NCBI GenBank assembly: GCA_965223845.1
Contig: CBDCXR010000004.1
Location: 864,001-928,000 of the forward strand
Length of the DNA: 64,000 nucleotides
Direction of reading: 5' to 3'
Source of the DNA: Planctomycetota bacterium
GTDB lineage: Bacteria; Planctomycetota; UBA8108; SXIK01
Below, in pieces: positions 30,007 to 38,316 of this stretch (its first letter is position 1; each line of letters opens with the position of its first letter). The notes under the pieces were generated by a model that saw nothing but the letters and a program-made list of their open reading frames with translations, ran no database searches and had not been told where the DNA came from. The position numbers and the translations under genes are program-made.

Positions 30007-31875
30007 TCAGTCAGTCTCCACTGTGCTCGTGGACTCCTGCGCTTCGACGGAAGCTGCGACCGTTTCGTTGGTCGGCGTCACTTTGGCCGCGGCTCGGGGT
30101 TGCATGCGCGGAATCGAGAACGTAAAGATCGCTCCACCACCCGGACGGTTGGCCGCGCGAATCCAACCGTGGTGCGCGTCCACGATCTCCTTACAGATCG
30201 ACAATCCGAGGCCGGTTCCCCCAGCCCCGGAATCGGTCTTCTGGCTTTGGGCGAACGGATCGAAGATCGTCTCGATCTCTTCCTCGGGGATTCCGAATCC
30301 CTCGTCGGAAACCGAGAGCTCGATACTCGGCCGTACTTCGTCGTCGACGTCGATGCTTCCTTCCGAAAAGGACATCGTGATCGTTCGCTCGGGATCGGTG
30401 AACTTGACCGCGTTCGAAAGAAGGTTCCGTGCGACTTGTGCGATGCGGAACGAGTCGAAATCGGCTTCGGTACTGAACGCCGCCGGAAGCACGGCGGTGC
30501 GCAGGTTCTTTTTTCGGATCAAGGGGTCGAGCTCGGAGAGCACCGATTGAAGGACCGTTTGGAGGTTTCCGGCCCTCATCGTGTAGGTCATCTTTCCGGC
30601 CTGTGCCTTCGAGAGATCGAGAAGGTTGTTGAGGAGCTGCATCAGGTTCTCACCGCTGGATCGAATCTCACGGAAGTACCCGAGCAGTCGGTCCTTCGAG
30701 GCTTTCTCGATCTTTTTCACACCGAACTCTGCGAAGCTCAGAACCGCGTGCATCGGCGTTCGCAGCTCGTGCGACATATTTGCGAGGAAGCGAGACTTCG
30801 CCCGCGCGGCCGCCTGCGCCTCCTCCATGCTTTCGCGAAGCTCGCGGGTTCGCCGGGCCACTTTCTCTTCGATAATTCGATTGGTCGCCTCGAGCTCTTC
30901 GTTCTTCCGGCGCACTTCGTCGCGCGACTTCTTGAGGAGAAGGACCATATTGCTGAGCTGCGAATTGGTCTCCTCGAGGTCGGTGATATCGTCGAACGTC
31001 GTCAGCGTGCCGCGCGACCGCCCTGACTCGTCGGGGATCGGGGAGCTGTTGACGACGTATCTACGGGTCGGACCGTCCTTGTGCCGCAGCGACAACTGAG
31101 CACCGCGCATGGTACGCCCGGACTCGAAGGCTTCGTCCCACGGGTACTTCGTCGCCCCGGGGGTTGCGTGAACCCAAGGAAGCGTCGCGAGGGATTGTCC
31201 GATGAGTGAGTTCGGAGATTGGCCGAGTTGCTCAGCGATCGCCGAGTTCGCGAGCACGATCAAGCCGCGCTCGTCCATGAGCACGACCCCTTCGACTAGG
31301 GTGTCGAGTGCGTAGCGCACACGCCCGGGAACGACCGAGGACGGATCGAGTTGCCGCAGAGTCTTGCGGATGAACTGAAAATAACAGAAGAAACCGACGA
31401 GTCCGACGAAGCCCATGGTGCGAATGATCGGACGGCTGAGCAGTCCTTGAAGCCCCTCAGGAAAGAGCGCCGAGAACTGCACCTCAACAGCGCCCCAGCG
31501 ATTGGGGCCCTTGAAGATCGGAACTTGCGCGTGAGTCGAGGTCGATCGCTCGGTGTCGTCGTTCGTCCATACCTCCTCGTGGGCGCCGGCCTTGGCGAGG
31601 ATGGTTCCGTCTGCGGTGCGCATCGCCGCCGAGAGCACGTCTTCATTCCGGCGGACGAGCGTCTGCATCGTTCGCTGGATCGCTTCGGTGTCTCCGCGCG
31701 AGATCGCCGACGAGAACTGGACCGCGAGCGATTCGCACAGCTTCTTCCTCGCGTCGAGTAGGACGTTCGCGGGATTCGGAATCACTCCGACGACGTCACC
31801 GACGACGATGATGCTCGCCGTGAGGAGCGCGAGTCCGAGGCTCAGGCGGAACGCGGGCGTGAGAAAGAAACGCAT
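30007..31875 (-). CDS. Membrane sensor histidine kinase with periplasmic domain and PAS
   Basis: Two TM segments, PAS (ALDTLVEGVVLMD...TFDDIT), FLANMSHELRTP, NAVKFT, DEGFG, GGTGLGL; start trimmed to MRFFLTP. Confidence 0.92.
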   Translation of the reverse strand: MRFFLTPAFRLSLGLALLTASIIVVGDVVGVIPNPANVLLDARKKLCESLAVQFSSAISRGDTEAIQRTMQTLVRRNEDVLSAAMRTADGTILAKAGAHEEVWTNDDTERSTSTHAQVPIFKGPNRWGAVEVQFSALFPEGLQGLLSRPIIRTMGFVGLVGFFCYFQFIRKTLRQLDPSSVVPGRVRYALDTLVEGVVLMDERGLIVLANSAIAEQLGQSPNSLIGQSLATLPWVHATPGATKYPWDEAFESGRTMRGAQLSLRHKDGPTRRYVVNSSPIPDESGRSRGTLTTFDDITDLEETNSQLSNMVLLLKKSRDEVRRKNEELEATNRIIEEKVARRTRELRESMEEAQAAARAKSRFLANMSHELRTPMHAVLSFAEFGVKKIEKASKDRLLGYFREIRSSGENLMQLLNNLLDLSKAQAGKMTYTMRAGNLQTVLQSVLSELDPLIRKKNLRTAVLPAAFSTEADFDSFRIAQVARNLLSNAVKFTDPERTITMSFSEGSIDVDDEVRPSIELSVSDEGFGIPEEEIETIFDPFAQSQKTDSGAGGTGLGLSICKEIVDAHHGWIRAANRPGGGAIFTFSIPRMQPRAAAKVTPTNETVAASVEAQESTSTVETD

Positions 31876-32302
31876 GGAGGGGGATTCGGTAGTCGGGGGG
31901 GACTGATCGCCCGTTTCGCTCCACCGGAGCGACCGATTCTCGGGTCGATCCCGGCGCAGAAATCGAGAGTCCGCGGGAGCGGACGAACGGGAGGGTCTCT
32001 CTATTCCATCGTTCGGTCGAGCTGTCGTCTGATCGGATGAATCCAAAAAGGACGATATCGGTAGCTCGTCGCTCGCAGACCACCGTCTCGGACCGGACTG
32101 CTTCCCGTCTTCGGCGGTGAGGTTCTGTCAAGAACTTGTCCAGCGGTGCCGAGTACATCCCTACCCATCGCTCGAGACGCACGGGGTCGGCGTCTGGCGC
32201 GCGGAGATTCCGCGATCGAGCTCTCTCCCTCACGCACCTTCGCGATTCGTACGCGCTCGGCGACCGCCGGGCGACTCGCGCACACGAAACGGAGTCTCCC
32301 GA

Positions 32303-32554
32303 ATGGGTTCCATCTACGTTCAAGACCCTTCTCCGAGCGCCGGTCTACGACCCGTCTCCGACCGGATCGCGGGACTCTGCCGCGCGGTTTCCGACGAGCG
32401 GATGTTCCTCGTCGTCAGCGAAGACGAGGAGGGACTCGATCCCCCGGTGATCGTCGAGGCGATTCTCACTCAGGACGGAGTCGTCGTGCGGTCGCATGCC
32501 GTCGACGTCTCGGACGAGTTCGACCTCGAGGATCCTTCCCTCGACGCGAACTGA
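32303..32554 (+). CDS. Small acidic hypothetical protein (83 aa)
   Basis: MGSIYVQD...DEFDLEDPSLDAN; genome-typical codons (GTC, GAC, GAG); ends 19 nt before the next gene; weak RBS. Confidence 0.45.
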   Translation: MGSIYVQDPSPSAGLRPVSDRIAGLCRAVSDERMFLVVSEDEEGLDPPVIVEAILTQDGVVVRSHAVDVSDEFDLEDPSLDAN

Positions 32555-32573
32555 AGCCGGAGTCATTCATCCC

Positions 32574-34070
32574 ATGGATCCGACGCCATCTGCCGCTCCC
32601 GAAGCGACCGAAGGGGCGACCTCGACCGTCGCTGCTTCGACTCATCCGGCTACTGCGGCAACGGCGGTCGCCGCGAACGCAGCCGCCATGTCGGCGCGCC
32701 TGAAGGCCGTGCTGTCGCTTTTGGCGACCTCACTTCAGCACGAACGTTTCGAGGCTGCGATCACCGCGTTCGTCACCGATCTCGCGATCCGAACGCGATG
32801 CGATCGAGTGAGTCTCGGCTTCGTGCACCGCCGGCAGGTTCGCATTCGCGCGATGTCACACACGGCGCACTTCGTGAAGAACGCCGGGCTCGTCCAGGCA
32901 GTCGAGTCGGCGATGGAAGAAAGCATCGACCAGGAAGCGACCGTCAACTTTCCTGCCGCAGCCGAAGCGGAGGGGACGGCGTTCCGCATCACGCGTCTTC
33001 ACGATGAGCTCGGTCGCCGGTACGGCTCGAGCTCGATCTGCTCGATTCCGTTTTTCATGAACGGCGAGCTCCTCGGTGTGCTCACTCTCGAGCGCTCCGC
33101 CGCGCCGCCGTTCGACACGGAGATCATCGAGCTTCTCGAAGCGGCGATGAACATGGCCGGGCCGCTCCTCCACCTCAAGCGACGCGAGGAGATGACTCTC
33201 ATCGGCCGGTCGGTCGAATCGACGCGTTGGCTCCTCGGCCGAACGCTCGGACCGGGGCATCTCAAGTGGAAGATCGCTTGCCTCCTCGTCGCCGGGCTGA
33301 CCGTCTTTCTCTGCTTCGCGAAGGCCGAGTACAAAATCGCTTCGCGTGCGATCGTCGAGGGGGCGATCCAGCAGGCTGCGGTCGCACCGTTCGACGGCTA
33401 CATCAAGTCGGCCCGGTTCCGCGCCGGCGACGTCGTCGAGTCGGGACAGGTGCTCTGCGAGCTGGACGATCGAGAGTACCGGCTCGAGCATCTCAAGTGG
33501 AAGAGCAAGCACGAGCAGATGTCGAAGCAGCACCAGCAAGCCTTGGCGCAGCTCGACGCCGCTCAGATCAAGATCATCGCCGCTCAAATCGAACAAGCTC
33601 AGGCCCAGATTCATCTGACCGAAGCCCACCTCGAGCGCACGCAGATCGAAGCTCCGTTCCCGGGAGTCGTCGTCGCGGGCGATCTCAGCCAGTCGATCGG
33701 CGCTCCCGTCCAGCGGGGAGACGTGCTCTTCGAGATCGCTCCGCTCGATCGTTATCGGCTCGTTCTGCACGTCGACGAACGCGATATCGGCGAAGTGGCG
33801 CTCGGACAGTCCGGCGACATCGTGCTGGCCGCGCTGCCGGGTGAACCGCACCCCTTCGTCGTCGAGAAGGTGACGCCGATCTCGTCGACTGCCGACGGGC
33901 TCAACTACTTCCGAGTCGAGGCGTCTCTCTCAGGCCGCGCCGACGCACGCGTCCGCCCGGGCATGGAGGGCGTGGCGAAGGTTCGGCTCGACCGCCGGCA
34001 CCTCGTGTGGATCTGGACGCACAAAACGATCGACTGGGTGCGGATCACGCTTTGGCACTGGCTGCCCTAG
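32574..34070 (+). CDS. GAF-domain + HlyD/membrane-fusion adaptor protein
   Basis: GAF (CDRVSLG, AMEESIDQ, SIPF..NGELLGVLTLE), TM helix, lipoyl halves (APFDGYI...GDVVESGQVL; APFPGVV...GDVLFEI), coiled coil, RPGMEG. Confidence 0.88.
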   Translation: MDPTPSAAPEATEGATSTVAASTHPATAATAVAANAAAMSARLKAVLSLLATSLQHERFEAAITAFVTDLAIRTRCDRVSLGFVHRRQVRIRAMSHTAHFVKNAGLVQAVESAMEESIDQEATVNFPAAAEAEGTAFRITRLHDELGRRYGSSSICSIPFFMNGELLGVLTLERSAAPPFDTEIIELLEAAMNMAGPLLHLKRREEMTLIGRSVESTRWLLGRTLGPGHLKWKIACLLVAGLTVFLCFAKAEYKIASRAIVEGAIQQAAVAPFDGYIKSARFRAGDVVESGQVLCELDDREYRLEHLKWKSKHEQMSKQHQQALAQLDAAQIKIIAAQIEQAQAQIHLTEAHLERTQIEAPFPGVVVAGDLSQSIGAPVQRGDVLFEIAPLDRYRLVLHVDERDIGEVALGQSGDIVLAALPGEPHPFVVEKVTPISSTADGLNYFRVEASLSGRADARVRPGMEGVAKVRLDRRHLVWIWTHKTIDWVRITLWHWLP

Positions 34071-34109
34071 CTGCCGCCTCGACCGGCGACGCGAAGGAGA
34101 GGATCGAAC

Positions 34110-36257
34110 TTGAACGATCGATGGCTCAGCTCGTCCTGGTACCGGGTCGCCCGGCTGACGCCGAAGCTCCGCACGCAGGCGAGGATCCACCGTCACCTCT
34201 ATCGCGGGGAGCCTGCGTACATCCTGCAAAACGAAGCGAGCGGGCGTCACTACCGTTTCGACGCCGCGACCTACGAGTTGCTCGCGCTCTTCGATGGCCG
34301 ACGCACCGTCGAAGAGGCATGGGAGCTCGCGTGTGAACGCCTGGGCGACGACGCGCCCACCCAAGACCGATGCATCCGGCTCCTCTCTCAGCTTCACGCT
34401 GCCGATGTCCTGCAGTGTGACGTCCCGCCGGACGCACTCGAGGTCGTCGGACGCGGCGATCGCGGTCGCCATCGGGCCACGCTGCATCGGTGGGCGAATC
34501 CGTTCAGCGTGCGCGTACCGCTGTTCGATCCGGACGCTCTTCTCCGCCGCCTTCTTCCCGCCGTGCGACCGCTCTTCAGTCGGTACGCGTTCGTCCTCTG
34601 GCTCGTGGTCGTGCTGTGGGCGATCGGCCTCGCGACTTTCCACTGGGCGGAGCTGACCCACAACATCGCGGACCGCGTCCTTTCCTGGGAAGGACTCGCG
34701 ATCCTCGCGGCGGCGTTCGTCGCACTCAAGATCGTCCACGAATTCGCGCACGCGTTCGCCGTCAAGGTGTTTGGCGGCGAGGTCCACGACATGGGGATCA
34801 TGTTCCTCGTGTTCGCGCCGATTCCGTATGTCGATGCCTCGGCATCGACGGCGTTCCGCTCGCGGCGCCGTCGATTCATCGTCGGCGCGGCGGGGATGAT
34901 GGCAGAGCTCGGAATCGCGTCCGTCGCTCTCGCCTTTTGGACGTACGCCGAGCCGGGCCTCGCGCGCAGCCTCGCTTTCGGAATCGTGCTCGTCGCGGGA
35001 GTTTCGACGTTCTTCTTCAATGCGAATCCCCTGATTCGATTCGACGGCTACTACATGCTCTGCGACGCGCTCGAGATTCCGAACCTCAACTCGAGGGGAC
35101 GCGAGTATCTCGTCTATCTCGTCGAGCGCTACGCATTCGGTGTGCGCGGTCTCGAGACAAACGCGAACACGTGGTCGGAACGCTTTTGGTACGTCGGGTA
35201 CTCGATCACCTCTTGGATCTACCGCTTTTTCCTCTACGCCGCGATCCTGGTCTTCGTCGCCGGAAAGTTCTTCTACATCGGAACGGCGCTCGCACTCTGG
35301 GGGGTGGGAACGTGGCTCGTTGTCCCCGCAGTCCGTCTCTGTCGCTACCTCCAGACTCAGCCGCGCATCGCCGCAGTTCGTCGTCGGGCGGTCATCGTGA
35401 GCGGCGCGGCCGTGCTTTTCGTCATCGGAGCGACATGCTGGACTCGAGCTCCCCTCCGCACGACGACCGAAGGAGTCGTGTGGGTGCCGGAGGAGGCGAT
35501 CGTCCGCGCGAACGCGAGCGGGTTCGTCGCAAAGATCGTCGCGAAGCCCGGCACGCGCGTCGAGAAGGGAGACCCGATCTTCGTGTGCGAGGACCCGACG
35601 ATCGACTTTCGCATCGCCCTCCTCGAAGCCGAATTGAGCGAATATCGCGCGCGGCGCGAGGGTGTGTGGGGAGTGGATCAGGTCGCCGCAAAGATGTACG
35701 ACGAAGAGATCGCCTTCCGGGAGAAGCGGCTCGCGCGTGAACGCGAGCGGCGGCGCGATCTCACCGTGCGGAGCCGCGCGGCCGGAATCGTCGTCGTCCC
35801 GCGAGCCGAGGATCTGCCGGGACGGTTCGCACGTCAGGGAGAGGTGCTCGCACACGTTCTCGACGAATCCACACCGACGATCCGCGCGGTGGTTTCGGAG
35901 GATCATATCGACCTCGTGCGATCGGCTATGGGGCGGGTCGAAGTCCAGCTCGCCGGAGGAATCGCCGAGCCGATGGAGGCGAAGGTGGCGCGAGAGATTC
36001 CCGCGGCGAGCCGCGAGCTACCGAGCACCGTCCTCGGGCTCGAAGGCGGAGGGACGATCGCGACGGATCCGCGCGACGAGAGGGGCGTTCAGTCGTTCGA
36101 GCAATATTTTCAGATCGAGCTCGCGCTTCTCGGGACGAAACCCGGACTCAACATCGGCCGGCGCGCGTTCGTGCGGTTCGACCACGGTTCCGAGCCGCTC
36201 GCCGTCCGTTGGTACCGAAGTGTTCGGCGCCTCTTCCTCCGCCATCTGGGCACTTGA
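34110..36257 (+). CDS. PqqD/RRE-like domain + M50 intramembrane metallopeptidase + HlyD-like adaptor fusion
   Basis: N-terminal FDGRRTVEEAW...LLSQL; HEFAH zinc motif; NANPLIRFDGYY (NxxPxxxxDG); C-terminal lipoyl/coiled-coil adaptor. TTG start with AAGGAG upstream. Confidence 0.88.
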   Translation: MNDRWLSSSWYRVARLTPKLRTQARIHRHLYRGEPAYILQNEASGRHYRFDAATYELLALFDGRRTVEEAWELACERLGDDAPTQDRCIRLLSQLHAADVLQCDVPPDALEVVGRGDRGRHRATLHRWANPFSVRVPLFDPDALLRRLLPAVRPLFSRYAFVLWLVVVLWAIGLATFHWAELTHNIADRVLSWEGLAILAAAFVALKIVHEFAHAFAVKVFGGEVHDMGIMFLVFAPIPYVDASASTAFRSRRRRFIVGAAGMMAELGIASVALAFWTYAEPGLARSLAFGIVLVAGVSTFFFNANPLIRFDGYYMLCDALEIPNLNSRGREYLVYLVERYAFGVRGLETNANTWSERFWYVGYSITSWIYRFFLYAAILVFVAGKFFYIGTALALWGVGTWLVVPAVRLCRYLQTQPRIAAVRRRAVIVSGAAVLFVIGATCWTRAPLRTTTEGVVWVPEEAIVRANASGFVAKIVAKPGTRVEKGDPIFVCEDPTIDFRIALLEAELSEYRARREGVWGVDQVAAKMYDEEIAFREKRLARERERRRDLTVRSRAAGIVVVPRAEDLPGRFARQGEVLAHVLDESTPTIRAVVSEDHIDLVRSAMGRVEVQLAGGIAEPMEAKVAREIPAASRELPSTVLGLEGGGTIATDPRDERGVQSFEQYFQIELALLGTKPGLNIGRRAFVRFDHGSEPLAVRWYRSVRRLFLRHLGT

Positions 36258-36267
36258 GGTCCGAGCG

Positions 36268-38268
36268 ATGTCCGATCGCGTGATCATGCGCCTCCGATCC
36301 GCGGAGGCGACCCGTTTCGCCCGCGATGAGATTAGGCCGGGTGCCCGACTCGAGTGGTCGCAGCTCGTACGCTCGCGCGCTTCGGGTCGTCGGCCTCAGG
36401 GAAGGGGAGCCGCTCGATTCCTCCGCGCCGTAGCCGCCTCGGAGCGTGTAGCGCGCGACCTCGACGACGAGACGCTCGCCCGCGAAGCGAGACGCCTGCG
36501 CGAAGTCCTGCGCCGACGCGGCATAGCACGCGACAGCGCCGCGCTTTCCTTCGGGCTCGTCCGCGCCGCCGCCGAGCGTACGATTCGCCAGCGGCACTAC
36601 GATGTCCAGGTTCTCGGCGGTTGGACTCTCCTCCAAGGTCGCATCGCAGAGATGGAGACCGGCGAGGGGAAGACGCTCACCGCGACTCTAGCGGGCGGCA
36701 CGGCTGCGCTCGCGGGAATCTCCGTCCACGTCATCACGGTCAACGACTATCTGGCGCGCCGCGACGCCGAGGCGATGGGGCCGATCTACCGCGCACTCGG
36801 TCTGACGGTGGGCGTCATCGTCGCCGGGATGGAGCCGGCGGAGCGTCGGCGAGCGTACGCATGCGACGTAACCTACTGCACAAACAAAGAGATCGTGTTC
36901 GACTACCTGCGGGACTGCGTGGCGTCGCGGCGCGCGGCGAGCCCACTTCACGAGAAAGTCGAATCACTCGCGCGCGGCGGAGCGGCCTCACGGCTCATCG
37001 CCTCGGGACTTCAGTTCGCAATCGTCGACGAAGCTGACAGCGTCCTCGTCGACGACGCGAAGACGCCGCTCATTCTCTCCGAAACGGTGCCGAATCACCG
37101 CGAGCGCGAAGTCTACTCGACCGCGATCGACATCGCGCGACAGCTCAGTGAGGGTTCCGACTATCGCGTCGATCGAAAGCTCCGAAGCGTCGTACTGACT
37201 TCACGCGGTTCACGGCGCGTTGAGCGGTTCGTCGATGCGATTCCTCGAGGTCGCAGGGGGATTTGGATGCACCGCCGCCAGCGGAGCGAGCTCATCGCGC
37301 AGGCCCTCGCGGCGGTCCACCTCTACGAACGAGACAAGCACTACCTCGTCCGTGAGGACGAGATCGACATCATCGACGAATACACCGGAAGAACTCTTCC
37401 CGATCGCGCCTGGGAGCACGGGCTTCACCAGGCGATCGAGGCGAAGGAAGGATGCCCACTGAGTTCGGAGCGACAACCGATCGCTCGGCTGACGTACCAG
37501 CGCTTCTTTCGGCGGTACACATGGCTTTCGGGAATGACCGGAACCGCGCAGGAAGTCGCCGGTGAGCTCGCCGGCGTCTACGACGTCGTCACCGTGCGCG
37601 TTCCGACCCACCAACCCGTCCGTCGCGAGTCGAGGGGAGTGCGCGTATTCAGGACCGCGGAGGAGAAGTGGGAGGCCGTCGTCGGCCGCATTCAAGAGAT
37701 GCGCGAGCGTCTGCGCCCCGTCCTCGTCGGAACTCGGTTTCTTTCGGACTCGGAGCACTTGAGCGCACTCCTCAAGGCGGCCGCGATCCCGCATCAGGTG
37801 CTGAATGCGAACTGCCACGAGGATGAAGCCGAGATCGTCGCCCGGGCGGGCGAGCTCGAGAGGGTGACCGTTGCGACGAACATGGCCGGACGGGGAACGG
37901 ACATTCGGCTTCCCGGTGACGTGGTGGTTCGCGGGGGACTCCACGTGATCGCCGCGGACGTCAACGAAGCCCGCCGGATCGACCGCCAGCTCTACGGCCG
38001 CGGGGGCCGCCAAGGGGATCCAGGGACCTTCGAGGGGATCTTCTCGCTCGAAGATGAATTGATCCGCACCTACGCCTCGGGGTGGGCTCGGTGGCTCGCC
38101 GCCAAAGCCGGTCGGCTCGGTGAGCCGATCCATCGATTGGCGGGGGAGTGGATCGTGCGGGAAGCGCAAACTCGCTGCGAGCGACACCACCGGCGCATCC
38201 GTCGGAACATGCTGCAGCGGGAAGGAGATTTGGAGACGACACTCGCGTTCGCCGGAGCGGGCGAGTGA
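36268..38268 (+). CDS. Secondary SecA-like ATPase (SecA_DEAD paralog, 666 aa, C-terminally truncated)
   Basis: EMETGEGKT, VHVITVNDYLARRD, FDYLRD, IVDEAD, LHQAIEAKE, GMTGT, PVLVGT, VATNMAGRGTDI and RRIDRQLYGRGGRQGDPG; ends shortly after the start of the helical scaffold. Confidence 0.92.
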   Translation: MSDRVIMRLRSAEATRFARDEIRPGARLEWSQLVRSRASGRRPQGRGAARFLRAVAASERVARDLDDETLAREARRLREVLRRRGIARDSAALSFGLVRAAAERTIRQRHYDVQVLGGWTLLQGRIAEMETGEGKTLTATLAGGTAALAGISVHVITVNDYLARRDAEAMGPIYRALGLTVGVIVAGMEPAERRRAYACDVTYCTNKEIVFDYLRDCVASRRAASPLHEKVESLARGGAASRLIASGLQFAIVDEADSVLVDDAKTPLILSETVPNHREREVYSTAIDIARQLSEGSDYRVDRKLRSVVLTSRGSRRVERFVDAIPRGRRGIWMHRRQRSELIAQALAAVHLYERDKHYLVREDEIDIIDEYTGRTLPDRAWEHGLHQAIEAKEGCPLSSERQPIARLTYQRFFRRYTWLSGMTGTAQEVAGELAGVYDVVTVRVPTHQPVRRESRGVRVFRTAEEKWEAVVGRIQEMRERLRPVLVGTRFLSDSEHLSALLKAAAIPHQVLNANCHEDEAEIVARAGELERVTVATNMAGRGTDIRLPGDVVVRGGLHVIAADVNEARRIDRQLYGRGGRQGDPGTFEGIFSLEDELIRTYASGWARWLAAKAGRLGEPIHRLAGEWIVREAQTRCERHHRRIRRNMLQREGDLETTLAFAGAGE

Positions 38269-38316
38269 GAGTCCTTCGCCGAGAAACTCTCGGCTAGAGT
38301 CGAGGAGCACCGGATC

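Noticed and set aside
35662-36267. N-terminal extensions in the ORF track (SecA from 35662, MetH from 43058, paralog A from 14431, DUF1028 from 50488, lipoprotein from 57475)
   Set aside because: They overlap other genes or are low-complexity; downstream starts fit RBSs, signal peptides and family N-termini.
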